Shown here: in pieces, positions 1-13,606 of the stretch
Numbering within the stretch: the stretch's first letter is position 1
Layout: every line of letters begins with the position of its first letter
Assembly: GCF_009914755.1 (NCBI RefSeq)
Contig: NC_060928.1
Direction: 5' to 3' (one strand)
DNA length: 64,000 bases
From: the human T2T-CHM13v2.0 reference genome, Homo sapiens
Made by a program: the position numbers and the translations under genes
Notes under the pieces: generated by a model
What the model was told of the DNA's origin: nothing
The model's input: the letters and a program-made list of their open reading frames with translations, nothing else
The model's database searches: none

Positions 1-1500
1 AGGCAGGCTGGCCTGGTGTCTGGATCAGTTGGTACCTGAGTCCACAGGGTTGGGTGTGGAGCCTCTGTTCACTGAGGTAGACCTGTTGTTTAGGTTTGTG
101 GCGGGGTGAGAGGGGGCGTGTGTCTGCAGCCTGGTTCTGCAACAGTGGGCCTGGAGCCTGTATACGTGGTTGCTAACTTGAAGCCTTGATGCACATTGCT
201 GACCTGGCACTGAGGTGAGCATTGAGTTTGAGTCTATAGAAGCTGACCAGATCTTGGGATAGGCCTGGTGCCTAGGTCCACTGGTGTCAACCTGGAGCCT
301 GAGTCCATGGAGATGTGCCTAGGTCCTGGGTCCATGGGGATGGCCTGGAGACAGGATCTTCAGGGTGGTTCTGGAACCACAGGGGCCAGCCTGGTACTAA
401 AGTCTATTGAAGTTGCCCTAGACCTTGGGTGTCCTGAAGCAGGCCTGAACCCAGGGTCCACTGAAGCCTGAGGCCACTAGGACTTCCTTGGATCCTCAGG
501 CCAGCTTGGTGCTGGGGCAGGCAGAAAATCTGGGTATGCAGGGGCTGGTCTAAAGCCTAGGGTTGTGTGTACTGGCCTGGTACCTGAAGCCATGGAGACT
601 AGAATTTTGGGTCCTAGGAGGCCTAGTCAGCCTGGAGCTTGGGTACATGAGTGCTAGTCTCAAGTCTAGGTTTGTTGATGCTGGCCTGAAGGTCTGCAAT
701 GGCCTACCTCAGTCCTGGGGCTTTGAGGCCTGGAACCTGGGTCTATAGGAGAAGTCGTGGAGCTTGAGTCCATGGAGGCTGCCCAGCACTAGGGTCTATT
801 GGGATGGGCCTGGACCCTGAGTCTGTTGGAACGTGTGGTCAGTCTGGAGGGTCGGGATGCAGTGATTGGCCTGACACTAGGCAGACCTAGTACCTATAGC
901 TGTAAGTGCCAGCCTGTCACCTGAAGCCAGGTATGGCAACCTAGTGCTGGTGCAGGCCTGAAGTCTGAGGCTACTTGGGCTGACCTGGCTCTAGGCTGGG
1001 CTGGAAACTGGGAAAGCCTAGAGCCTGGAGCCACAGAGATTGGCCTGGGCATTGGGTGAGCCTAGAATCTATATCCACAGGGGCTGGCCTGAAGGCTGGG
1101 TCCATAGGTGCTAGCCTGATGGCTAGGGCTGCAGGACCAGCCTGGTGGCTTGGGCAGGCCTGAAGCCAAGGGCCACTGTGCCTGGCTTGGAGACTTGAGT
1201 CTGCAGGATGATTCTGAAGCCTTGTCTCTGGTGGCTGGCTGGCATTCAAAGCCTGCAGCTACTGGGGCTGGCCCAGTGCTGGGGCCAGTCTAGAGCCTGG
1301 GGCTGCTGGGTGGGGCTGCCTGGTGGTAGAGAAGGCCCGAAGACTGAACATACCTGGCAGGCCTGGACACTGGGGCTGCAATGTCAGGCTTGGTGTTGGG
1401 GTAAACCTAAATGCACAGTCTATGGTTACCAGTCTAGTGTTTGGAGACAAGGGGGTCTTGCCAGTGCTGAACTGCATTTGGGTGCGCCTGGTGTTCGGAT
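1..1500. repeat. Degenerate GC-rich tandem array (GGCCTGGAGCCTG / GGGTCCA motifs) inside the L1 5'UTR
   Basis: Recurrent GCCTGG, GGCCTGAAG and GGGTCCAT/CAC motifs throughout 1-1500. Confidence 0.7.
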
Positions 1501-1778
1501 CTAAGGTCTGGTGCTCACTTTCCTCTCCTTCCAGCAAGTGAAGGGTGTCTCCCCTGTCCCCACCACCCACCCTCCCCACCGACATGAGAAATGTAAAACT
1601 GTCCTTCCCAATGTATCTTTTCTTACTTCTGCACTACATCAAGGTACTACAATCTCTCAACTGTTTTCCTTAGCTTTTGTGAAGGTATTTCTGTACATGG
1701 ATAGTTGTTCAAATTGATGTTTCTGCAGGGGGATGCGTGTTAAAAATCGTATTCTGCCACCTTGCTGATATCTCAACC
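1..1778 (-). mobile_element. 5' end/5'UTR of an ancient LINE-1 (L1M3/L1M4-type), continuing off the left edge
   Basis: Reverse complement near 1775 reads GAGATATCAGCAAGGTGGCAGAATA...CAGAAACATCAATTTGAACAACTATCC, resembling an L1M 5' terminus (degenerate YY1-like CAAGATGGC). It is followed by a GC-rich degenerate repeat array typical of old L1 5'UTRs. Confidence 0.75.
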
Positions 1779-2494
1779 TATTAAAAATTTATTTTAAATA
1801 TTATGGTTACAGTTTTTAGCTTCAATGTACTTGGGGATGTTACTTTGCTCATTTTTTCCCTTATCATAACTTCGTATAGAACTTAATTACAATCCTTTTG
1901 TGTCACTCATGTTTAAGCACAACACGTTTTTCTGTGCTTCTAAGAGGAGCCTGCTTTGTAGGAGAGCAGGATGAACAGAAGATATTTCTTAGTTTCTTTA
2001 TTATAGGGCTCATAGTTCTATACTAACAATTGAATAATTTAAAATATGGAGACAGTTATTTCCAAAATCTGCTTTCTTTTCTCTTCTCCTTTTCATATCT
2101 GAATCTCTTTTTTTCCCCTTAATGGCTCTGTCCTGCTGTCAATGTGGATTTTACCCCCTGAAGTCGTTCCTCAATATGAGGCTTTGTCTTAGAAGAAAAC
2201 TTCAGCTGATTAGTTATAAGAATTCACAGGGCTCGAATTTATAGCATAAAGATTGGTAACCAGGTACTCTATAGGGTTCAAATTTATAGCATTTTCAAGC
2301 TTCTCAAAGTCTCCCCGCACTCATACAGACAAAGGGGCTTCAAAAGCCCTCTCCTAGTTTGGCTGTTTGGCTGAGATTGAGTGACAGACTTTCTACTCCT
2401 GTGTGCAATCCCTTTCTTTTGGGGTAAATATTTGTTAGCAATATCTGGATTCTCGGGATCTCAACTTTCCTTTGCAATTTCAACCATTGGGATG

Positions 2495-2845
2495 TGTCTT
2501 TGTTTGGGTTGCTACAACAAATTACCATAGACTGGTGGCTTAAACAGTAAACATTTATCTATCACACCTCTGGAGGCTAAGAAGTCCAAGATCAAGATGT
2601 CAACAGACCTGGTGTCTGGTAAGGGCCCATTCCTGGTTTGTAGACGGCTATCTTCTCATTACATCTTCTCACATGATAGAGAACAGAGACAGATAGCAAA
2701 CTCTTGTGTCTCTTCTTATAAGAATACAAATCCCATTCATGAGGTCTCCACCCTCATGACCTAATTACCTCCCAAAGGCCCCAACTACTAATACTGTCAC
2801 ATTGAGGGTTAGGATTTCAATATATGAATTTTGAGGAGACACAAA
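2495..2845 (-). mobile_element. MaLR solo LTR, MLT1A/MLT1A0-like
   Basis: TGTCTT...GGGTTGCTACAACAAATTACCATAGACTGGTGGCTTAAAC...AAGTCCAAGATCAAG...CCCTCATGACCTAATTACCTCCCAAAGGCCCC...GTTAGGATTTCAATATATGAATTTTG matches the MLT1A reverse complement. Confidence 0.85.
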
Positions 2846-2854
2846 TAATTTAGT

Positions 2855-2905
2855 ATTTGTGAAGTGTTTAAAAATAGTACCTGGCATATAACAAGTGCTG
2901 TAAAG
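2855..2905 (+). mobile_element. MIR 3' fragment
   Basis: TGTGAAGTGTTTAAAAATAGTACCTGGCATATAACAAGTGCT resembles the MIR/L2 tail. Confidence 0.5.
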
Positions 2906-4769
2906 GAAATTGTTCAAGAGATTTTTTAAAATCATGATTTCCTGCATGCTTCCCATCAAAACATCCTGAAAAATAACATTATATAGAAACACTCCTAGCC
3001 AGAATGGAAAAGAAAATGAAAGAAAAATACTTCCACTTCTGGAAGAAAGAAAGAGGAATTCATTAAAGGGATATAGTCGGTAGATTAAATATGAGAGTAT
3101 GAGACTTTCATGGGATGTGGGGAATGCACTGTAGAGACATTCATATTAATATCAAAGGATAATAGAGCATCTAAGCTAGTGTTCCACTCGTCCTGGTGTT
3201 GTCTGGTGGAGGCTGCAAACTCCCCCAGAAGCCTTGCACTTAGCCTGAAACCACATCCAAGATGGTGCAACAACAGCAGTGCAATAGTATCAGAGGGAAG
3301 TGTATCAAAAAATACCTCCCAGGTTGTATGTGGTATAAAGGAAATTCAGATTTTCAAAATATTCCCACCCAAGGGGAAAGGCTGATGCAAAAAAAGAGGC
3401 ATGGAAACATAATATAGATACTTCTGAGGGCCAGGACATTAAGGCAGAAGCAAGAATGGAGTTCACTAGTAGCAGATGGCATCACAGGCCCAAAGACCAG
3501 GTAGGAACAAGCACCTCAGTAATGATGAGGAAGAGGCTAATGCCCAAGACAAGTGGAATGATATCTCTCCCCAACAGGTTTAAAGTAATTTAGAAGACCA
3601 CCAAGGGACACTGGTAAACACACCTAAAGCTTCCCTCTCTAGCCAGCTGGAGGTCTTACCTGCTCCAGCATACCTGGCAGCCATATGTGGGGAGCAAAAG
3701 GGGTTGAGCAAGGACTGTGAAAGGTTGAAGATTTGTCCAAATAAGACCGTCTAAAAACAAAAGAGCCTCTTTTTAACTAGAAGAGAATAAATTGTATTTA
3801 AGTAAGACACATGTACACACACACATTGAACCCAGCTAAAGGGGCTCAAGAACAATATGAGAGTAGCAATAGAAAATGAAGAAGCTCTATATTCTTTGTA
3901 CATTTCAGAAATGACACTTTAAATGATCAACACTTATACATCTTTTTTTTTTAATTTGGGACCATATTTTTCATATAATATGTTCCCTTAAGATTATGTG
4001 AAAAATATCTTTTCTAATAACATTCCTCCAAAGTGTGTTTTTCATGACCAATATAATTTCATAGAATGAGCATAATTTACTTCATCAATTTTTTATAATT
4101 GGATATTTAAGCTGTGTCCAATTTTTACTGTTATGATTAACGATACAAAGACTATTTTTGTTGCATCTCTACTTCTTTACAGTACATTTTTCATTGTGGA
4201 ATTTCTGAAATGAGGCAATACATGGTTTGAAGCGTTTAATATATATTATCAAGTTATCCTCTAGATAAAGTTCAAACTCGTTAGAAAAATAAACCCATTA
4301 TGATCTGGTTAGTGTTTCCCTGTACAGCTTAAATACTCTCTATCATCCATCTGCCTGAAACCATATACTTTATCTAGACACTATGTTGTACTACCTTTAG
4401 AACCTTGCACTTGGTCTCCCCTCTTTGTGAAACATTTTCCCGTGTTATTTCAACTTCCCTTTGGCCCAGATGAACTCTCCTTTTTAAGTATAAGCTTAGA
4501 CTTTGACCCCTCCTCACCCTTCCCAACCCCTGTTTGCACCTCACACACAACTATGTTGAGTCCTGTCCATGAGATAATTTGATATCCTTAGTAAATTAAT
4601 AAAACTTTCCAACTGAATAAATAGCCTTGTTCTTACAGTTGTAACATATCAATAAAAACAAAATTAGGTGAGCAGCTACTAATGCCAGGTTCTGTATTAT
4701 TCACTAAGATACAAGCATAAAAAGATATAGTTCAGTGAATACAAATGTCATTGTATTCATTCAGCCTCA

Positions 4770-5180
4770 TAAGAGGTCACATAAATACAAATTATAACAG
4801 AATATCATTTTTCTCCTACAAATGTTACCAATTTTTTTAGTCAATGATATCTTGTGATGATGAAAATTTGAAAAAAATAGGCACCCTGATATCTAACTTG
4901 ATGGGAATCCAAATTGTTATATCTTTACAGAGAGTAAGTATAAAATACCTACTAAGTAATTTTAGCACATACATTGAACCAGTAAATTCACTTAAATGTA
5001 CAAAAGTGTTTATGCAAGATTATTAAAATTTTACTGTATTTACAGATAGTAAGACCAAAAGAATATGAAAATGTTAACAATGGTGAGATTGGAATGGAAG
5101 AATTTTTTTTTAATTTGAGCATTTTTATGTGTTCTAAGTTTCCTATAATAAACATCTATAGATTTTATAATCAGGACAAA
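4770..5180 (+). mobile_element. Old L1 (L1ME-type) 3' fragment
   Basis: Degenerate ORF2 C-terminal/3'UTR sequence ending ...TTCTAAGTTTCCTATAATAAACATCTATAGATTTTATAATCAG. Confidence 0.45.
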
Positions 5181-5219
5181 AGTCTTTGTAAGAACCATAC
5201 CTTTATTTCTCCCACTGGA

Positions 5220-8200
5220 GTTATAGGAGCAAGATGACCATTTAGGAGGCCCTGACGCTTGTCCTCCCCCAACAAAAACAGTGAATAAAAACTACATGCT
5301 GACAAGAATAGCCACGGGAGAACTCCGGAATATAATAAAGAAGCTCCAGGAATCCTGTGGTGCACAGAGGCTGAAAGTGGCTACATGAAAAAGCACAGAA
5401 AGCAGTATGCCTGTGTTACTCCATTCCTGTCAGGCATGGCTTGGTGTCAGGAGGGATCCCCTTGGCCTCACTCCCCACCCCACATTGTGGGAAAAGAGAG
5501 TGGTAAGACCACAACAGCCCTCGTTGCCACTATTGATACCCTGTGTCTTGCACCACCAAGGTCCCCCACAGCCTTCATCAACACAGGACCCAGTTTGACA
5601 AAGTCCATGTTACTGCACTTCCCCAACCAAGGAGCAGCTGTAGCACCTCCCCCACTGGAAGAGCCACCACAGCCCACCACCCCAAAGGAGCCACCACTGC
5701 ATCCCCACTACAAAAGAAGCTACTGTTTACCCCCACCAGAGAGGAAGCATTGCTGCACCTCCTTCCCTGCCAAAGCTGCTGTTGCTGCTCCCCACACCAT
5801 CTGGGGCCAAAGCCCACTCCTAAGCCCCATCCTGAGGACTAGAGCCACCACTGCTGTGTCCTACCCAACCCCTTCTCCTCAGAGTTCCTACACCTTCCCA
5901 CAATTGCACAGAGGACCTAGACCTCAGATCCAGGGTCACTCGGATCATCTGCACCTTGAACACTGGTGCCACCACTGTAGTAAGTACATTTCTACTTCTG
6001 CCCCAAATGCCACACTCATTCAACGTACCCCCAAGCCCCAGACCCCATTTAGTGTGCTTCCACGAACACTTGGTGTGTTCTTGTACCTTGGACAACACAT
6101 CCACCACTATGTCAAATGTGTCTGTGCCCCAAACCTAACCCAGATGCTGCCACCAGTGCATGTGATCACATGTGCTAGACCACATGCCAAGAGTGATCCC
6201 TTCAGCCATAATTATTCCCTGAAGGAATAAATGAGAATAGGTGGATATCAACAGACTTCACCACCAATGACTCCAATAGCCCATTGCCAATGTAGACACC
6301 TGCAGCCTTAGCTGCAGAGGACTCCTGCAGTCTTTGCCAACACTAACCTCAGCTGATGAAATTCCATGGAGACTTCAATACCGTGCCTTCTCCAAGACCA
6401 GAACCACCATTGCATCCTGCCCTGCAGGGCCAGAACCACCACAATCCACCTAGCCAGTGTCCTCACACCCACACATAGCTGAAGGTCTTTTCCCAGTCTA
6501 TAAAGTGTGGACAAGGTGACTGCTCCCTCAAATGTACAGACATCAATGCAAGGCCACAAGAAACGAACAAAAAAAAAATTCAAAAAGTGGTGCCACAAAA
6601 ACAAACACAATAATTTTCCAGTAACTGATTCCAACAAACATGTGAAAACTAAACAACATACCCTTAAACAACCATTAGGACAAAGCAAAAATGAAAAGGG
6701 ATTTTAAAAAGGATCTTGAGGCAAATGAAAATGAAAACACAACATACCAAAACCTATGGGATGTAGTAAAAGCGGTAATAAGAGAGAAGTCTATAGCAAT
6801 AGATGCCTACATTAATAAAGAAGAAAGGTCCCTAATGAACGTCTAATTTTACACATCAAGGAACTAGAAAAAGAAAATATTAAGCCCAAAGTTAGCAGAA
6901 GGAAGGAAATAATGAAGATTGGAGAAAAAAATAAATCAAATGCAGAACAAATATAAAAAATAATAAAATAAAACTACAAGTTTTTTTAAAAGATTACTAA
7001 AATCTACAAATCCTAAGAAAAAGAGAACACGCAAATAAATAAAATCAGAAACAAGAGAAGAGACAATACAATGGAAGCCTCAGAAATAAAACAGATTATA
7101 AGGGAGTATTAGGAACAATTATATGCCAACAAACTGGGTAATCTGGAAGAATAAATTCCCAGAATCATACAAGCTATCAAACCTGAATCAGGAAGAAATA
7201 GAAAGCCTGAATATAAATTAGGAGACTGACTCAGTAATCAAAAACCTTCCAACAAAGCCCAGGACCTGATGGCTTCACATGTCAATTCTACCAAACACTT
7301 GAAGAATTAATATCAATCCTTGTTAAATTTTCAAAAAATAGAAAAAAAGTAAACTCTTCCAAATTCACTGAATAAGGTCAGCTTCACCCTGATACCAAAA
7401 CCAAGAAAAGACCCTACAGGAAAAAAACAAAACAAAACTACAGGCCAATTTTTCTAGCAAACCAAATTCAACAACACATTGGAAGAATCATACACCATGA
7501 ACAAGTGAGATTTAACAAAGGGATACCAGAATGGTTCAATATATGCAAATGAATCAACATGATACAACATATTAACAAAATGAGAGAAAAAAACACATGA
7601 TCATCTCAATAGAGGCAAAAAAAAAAACACATTTGACAAAGTTCAACATCCATTCATTCTTAAAACTCTCAACTAAACAGCTACAGATGAATCTTACCTA
7701 AACACAATAAAGGCCACATAGGAAAAGCCCAAAGTAAATATCATAATCAGTGGCGGGAAACTAAAAGCTTTCCCTCTAAGATCTAGTACAAGCCAAGGAT
7801 ACCCACTCTTGCCACTTCTTTACAACCTAGAATTGAAAATCTTATCCACAGCAATTAGGCAAGAAAAAGAAATAAAAAGGCATCCAAATTGGAAAAGAAG
7901 TAAAATTGTCTATTTGTAAATGACATAATTATACACATAGAAAATCTTAAAGGCTCAACAACGAGCAAAAAGAAAAACTATTAGAAATAATGAATGAATT
8001 CAGTAAAGCTGCAAGGTAAAATATCAACATGCAAACATCAATTACATTTCTATTCACAACAATGAACCATCTGAAAAGGAAATTTAAAAATAATCCATTA
8101 ACAATAACAGCCAAAAGTTTAAAATACTTAGGAATAAATTTAATCAAAGAGGTGAAAGACACGTACACTAAAAACTATAAAATGTTTGTGAAAGTAATTA

Positions 8201-9673
8201 AGAAAGACACAGATAGATGGGAAAATATCTTGTGTTCATGGATTGGAGTAATTAACGTCTGTAAATGTTCATTATACCCAAAGCAATTCACAGTATTGCA
8301 ATCCTTATCAAAGTCCTAATGTCATTCTTTATAGAAATAGAAAAAAACTTCCAAAATTCATATGGAACCACGAAATACCCCAAATAGACAAAGCAATCTT
8401 GAGCAAGAGGAACAAAGCTGCAGGCATCACACTTCCTAATTTCAAATTATTTTACAAATCTATAGTATGGTACCTTCATAAAAACAGACATACAGACCAA
8501 TGGAACAGAGCAGAAAGCCCAGAAATAAGTCCTCACATCTACAATCAACTGGTCTTTGACAAGAGTGCTATGAACACAAACTGAGGAAAGGACAGTCTCT
8601 TCAATAAGTGATGCTGATAAAAATAGATATTCACATACAGAAGAATGAAATTAGACACTTATCTCACACCTATACAAAAATCAACTCAAAATGGATTGAA
8701 GACTTCAATGTAAGACCTGAAACTGAAAAACTGCGAGAAGGATAAGGGGTTAATATCCAATATATATAAGGAACTCACACAACTCAATAATGAAAAACAT
8801 CCTGTTTCAAAAATTAGCAAAGGATCTAAATAGACATTTCCCAAAAGAAAACATACAAATGGCAAACAAGTTTATGAAAATGCCCTCAACATTGCTAATC
8901 ATCAAGGAAATTCAAATCAAAACTGAGTTATCACCTCACATCTGTTAGAATGGCTATTATCAGAAAGACCAAAGATAGCAAGTGTTGGAGAGGCTGTGGA
9001 AAAAAGGAAACTCTTATATACTGTTTCTGGGAATGTGAATTGGTACAACCATTATGGAAAACAGTAGGAGGTTCCTCAAAAAATAAAAAGATCTAGTAAC
9101 CTGACTACTGCGTATACATCCAAAGGAAATGAAATCAGGCTCTCCAAGAGATATCTGCATTCCCATGTTAATTTCCACATTATTTACAATACTCAAAGTA
9201 TGGAAATGATGAATGAATAAAGGAAAATGTGGGGGCTATACACACACACACACATACAAACACTCCACACAATGGAATATTATTCAGCCTTAAAAAGAGG
9301 GAATCTAAAATAGTTGAAGTCATAGAAACAGAGAATAGAATAGTGTTTGCCAGGGGTGAGGGGAGAGAAAAATGGGGAGATGTTGGTTGGGGGTACAAAG
9401 TTTCAATTATGCTGGAAGAATACATTCTGGAGATCGAATGTACAATAATATGAGTATAATTAACAATAGTTTATTGTATATTTGAAATTTGCCAAGAGGG
9501 GAGACACTAAGTATTTTTGTCATACACACACATACAAACGTTTAAGTGGTAACTATCTAAAGTGATTGCTGTGTTAATTAGTGTGTGCTGATTATTTTAC
9601 AACGTATGTGTGTATTAAATCATCAAATTGTATACCTTAAATCTTTGTGTTAAATATACGTCAATAAAAAAAA
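5220..9673 (+). mobile_element. Ancient LINE-1 (L1MA8-10-like 3' end) that keeps its 5'UTR but has large internal deletions
   Basis: 5' GGAGCAAGATGACC start. C/A-rich 5'UTR repeats 5400-6450. ORF2 remnants from about 6635 (track peptides KYLGINLIKEVKDTYTKNYK, HKNRHTDQWNRAESPEI). L1MA 3'UTR (AAATTTGCCAAGAG...CATCAAATTGTATACCTTAAA) with AATAAA/A-tail at about 9663-9673. Confidence 0.85.
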
Positions 9674-11135
9674 TGTTAAGTATACACATTCTCTTACCTT
9701 TAGTGAGCCTTTTTCAAGTAAGGAAGCCATTTTCCTAGAAATTTTCTCTTAATAAAAAGGCAACCAAGACTTCCAACCTGGAAGCTGAGAGATCAGACAC
9801 TGATATTCAGAACTCAACCAAGATGCAATTATACCTTAAGCTCAAGTTTGAAACAGCCATTAGTTTCTCTCATATTATTATCCTAGTCATTATCTACCAT
9901 TTAACTATGTATAATTATCCATTCAGATTATTTATAAAAATGTTAACTTAGACACCTATCAGAAATAAATCTTTGGATGTCACAATATCAGTGTTTCTTT
10001 CTCCAGAAAAATGCCTACATATCTCTGCTCTTCATTTCTTGATTGCAAGCAAGGACTTTATGGAAAGGGGGAACTCCTCAATTACTAATGATTTAATTCT
10101 CTTTCCTACTAAGTTTTATGATAAATTTTGAAAGACTAAATAAATTATGTTCCCTTGTTTGTCTTTATTCTCAGGTTTATTTGGCCTCTCTGAGGAATAC
10201 AACAGAATTACTCTGTCAGTAAGTCTTAGTTCTTGTTTTAATTTTAGTTATGATGAGAGATCTTTTTATGTACATTAATGTTGACCTAGTGGGAGATTTT
10301 TGTGTGGAGGAGGTCCTCTTAAATTTTTTTAATGCATTAGGTGAAATGAAAGTATCTATAATCTTCAAAAGCAAAAACTCCAAGAAACACAGTCATCTGA
10401 TAATAACAGCAATGAAATGAAAGGAAAATATTGGCAAACATAATCTAAGAGACCCCTAGCTAGCAAGGTTCATAAACCCAGTTAGATAATCTTTCCCTAC
10501 TCCCATTAAGTCATTGCCAAATCACTGCAATCAGATTTGAGTATCACTAATAGCAAATTGCTGGAAATTGAACCAGATGCTCAAAAGCTTTCATGATTAT
10601 TCACCAAATAGCCAGAGATTAAAAACACTAGATAAGATCAATCTGGGCCAGGAAAGACCCAACAAGTTGTAATCAGTAACTTGAGCCATCTGGCCAGGCT
10701 CTGCCTTCTTTTGGGTCATAGCTTGGCAACTTCATTAGCATTATGCTTTGAGTTATAATTTTTAAATAATGTGGAACGTTATTTCTGTCATGAACGAGAC
10801 AAGTGATAGCTGGAGATATAAATACTACTCTTGCTACACGCTATTATATGTTGAGATTAAGACAAATGGGGCATTTATATACTTGACTTAAAGGTGACTT
10901 GCTACATAAACTTTATAACCAATCCTGTCTTCAGACCTGCCAGTTGAAGATAAGAGTCCCCTCTACCCCCAAAATACACAATGTTCTGAAGATTTATGAA
11001 AACTAGTATCATCCAATAGCAATAATAATAATTTATTCATACAGGACTTTAAGGTTTTCATTGCTCTTTTGTCTACAGAATTTCAACAGTTTGAAATAGT
11101 GATATAAGTTTTCTCCTTCAATATCTTTATTTTTG

Positions 11136-11445
11136 CTACTCAAAGTCTGTCCCTGCATCAGCACCAATGGGGTAACCTGGAAATTTGTTAGAAATGCAGA
11201 GTATCAGCCTTACCCTAGACCTACTAAAAAAGAATATGTACTGTAACAACACCCCTAGGTGATTCATACACGTTAAATTTTTGCATGTATCAGAATCATC
11301 TAGAGTATTTGTTAAAACATGCTTTTTGTGTCTCACCAGGAATTCACTAGATCTGGAATGGGAAAAACAATTTGTATTTCCAACAAGTTCTCCATCATGT
11401 CCATGCTGATGGTCTGGAGACCACAGTTTAAGAACTACCATTCTT
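11136..11445. mobile_element. Two MER5-family hAT-Charlie MITEs in opposite orientation
   Basis: GCTACTCAAAGT...CCTGGAAATTTGTTAGAAATGCAGA...AGACCTACT, then TCAGAATCATCT...TTTCCAACAAGTTCTCC...GACCACAGTTTAAGAACTAC. Confidence 0.7.
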
Positions 11446-13559
11446 GCCTAGAGGATGTTATGTTTTTTCCCTAGTTTGGTAACAGATTATTCATGTTTCA
11501 AGCAAGATAATGCAGGGCATTAAGTTTAGGCACATTCCATTTAATAGCCGCTAACTTGATTAAAATTATGATTGACCAATGCAGAACATACATGTTGCAA
11601 GAGGCTGCCCAACTCACCAGGATTCTCCCAATCACAGCAGCTACGCTCCCTGTCCGATCTCCTGACAATGTGGATGGTTAGAACCAAAGTAGGCACAACA
11701 CACCCTGTCTGGTCCAATCAAATTCTCTCATCTGGAATTTGAAATCCCAAATAAAGACAAGGCCTCTATTTTCTGATTTCCCCAGGCTTAGTGGTTCGGT
11801 TCTTCCACCAATCCTTTACATTACCCAATATTCTTCCAATAATTTATTATTTTAGCAAGTTTACAGAATTAGTAGAAATGCTTTTCATCATTTTTTAAAT
11901 AATTATTTCTTCCAAGAATCCTTTTTTGTTTCAGTCTACCGATGTTTGAATAAAGGAGCCATAAGGGAGTGCCAGAGAGTATAAATAATGAAAACAGGCA
12001 CTTCTTTTGCAACTCCAATGGCCATTATCCTTGTTCCCTATTGTTTATTGTCTGTTGAATCAGGACTGCATAACCTCTGAGAAGAACCCAGATGGGGATT
12101 CTGTTGGTGTTGGTACGATGCCCAGCACTGACAGTAACTGTGGAACCCAGTGCTCACATGTCTGCCCTTTTGTGTGTAGAGAAGTCATAACCATCCTGAA
12201 AACGTATTCTCGGCAAGTGGGGAGAAGCTATATGAAAATCAGCAGGGAAGGGGAAGAGTGGGGCATACCAGGAGCAGGAAAAAGAATGCCTTGCTCCAGC
12301 AGCTCTCATGAGGCACTCTCCATTTTCTAGAACATGCCAAGACTCCATTTCTGACATAAATTTTCAGTGCTTGGGAAAGACATTTTTACCCTGAGAAGGA
12401 ACTCAGTATATGAAACTGCATCAGTAGTTGAACTTAGTCTCTGGAGAACCACCAAACTCTATGTAGGATTCCTGAAGGCAAGATTGGTCTGATTCACCAA
12501 TCAGAACTACCGCCATCACCACCATCAAAGGTTTCCATGCTTAATCTCTCCAACTTTTCATAAGTTAATGTCCTCTTGGTGAACAAGATGTTAAGGAACA
12601 ACAAGCTCCATGTCTCTAATTAGCACCACATTGAAGTATATCATTAGCTTTTAATTAAATCCTTTAACTAGTTGTTTCTTTTTCTAATGGTTAAAAGCAT
12701 TCTGAACCAGTCAAGGCTGGAAACGACAAATAAATTCATAGAGCAATGCATCTGCATGGAGACCAAAGGGGCAACCAAGGAAGAGGGGACAGGAAACAGG
12801 CCTGTTGGCCTTAAATCCCAAGGCAGATGTTTCTTCCTTCCCTCCCCTCACAGGCTCACAGACTTTTATGGAGAAAGAGGATAACAAGATGAATTTGCAG
12901 CAGAGATGGTGACAGGACGTTGCAGGCCTGATGCTCATGGGGCCCCACAACATCTCTCATTCTCCAGTCAGCCCAGAATTGTCAAAGCACTGTCCTCCTG
13001 GTCTTCCTCAAATATAGGGCAGCTGGGGCGGCCCCCACTTCCCAGAGTCTTAAGAATATCCAAGCTTCACCTGGGGGTCAGAATAAAAATGACCTGTAGC
13101 AAGGAACTGTTACCTCCATATAGTAACCAAATAATTCAGGAGGAGAAGACAGGAGGCTCTCAAGGTTGCGATTTGAAGAAGTGTATTGCCATCTGCTTAC
13201 CAGATGTAAAGACTTAAGAATAAACACAAAAGTAGATGAGAACCATAAGAAAAAGTAACCCAGATGTTAGCTGAGGCCTCTCTGGCCCTCAGAAAACAAG
13301 GTATGATTGATTCAAAGCTCCATTTTCATGTCCTGTGCAGGCCCAAATCCTTCTCCAAAATAACTATAAATTCCACTGAAGGAAGGCGTGAGGTGTAGGG
13401 ACTGATAGGTTATAGATCACCTCTGGCTACAGCCTACTACTTCTTCAATCTACTGATCATCTCGACATCTTACAGGAGCTGCCTCTGCTCTGAGTCACAT
13501 CAGCCCCATAGCAAACTCAGCATCTGTCTTAATCTCCTCACACAGGCAGGTGCACATTC

Positions 13560-13606
13560 TCTGTCTCTGTCTCTCTCTCACACAGACACACATACACATA
13601 CACACT
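13560..13606. repeat. Compound (CT)n/(CA)n microsatellite
   Basis: CTGTCTCTGTCTCTCTCTCACACAGACACACATACACATACACAC. Confidence 0.8.

Noticed and set aside
25-1585. Cluster of overlapping 60-108 aa ORFs and a repeat array that could mimic a CRISPR or coding repeat
   Set aside because: Degenerate GC-rich L1 5'UTR repeats with no constant repeat/unique spacer architecture; eukaryotic context
2228-2292. 20-bp imperfect direct repeat AGGG(C/T)TC(G/A)AATTTATAGCAT
   Set aside because: Only two copies; most simply a small local duplication with no evident function
5385-6230. Longest ORF in the window (281 aa, Pro/Thr/His-rich)
   Set aside because: It lies in the C/A-rich repetitive 5'UTR of an ancient L1, where stop codons are depleted by composition. 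No recognisable domain, and overlapping ORFs occur in several frames.
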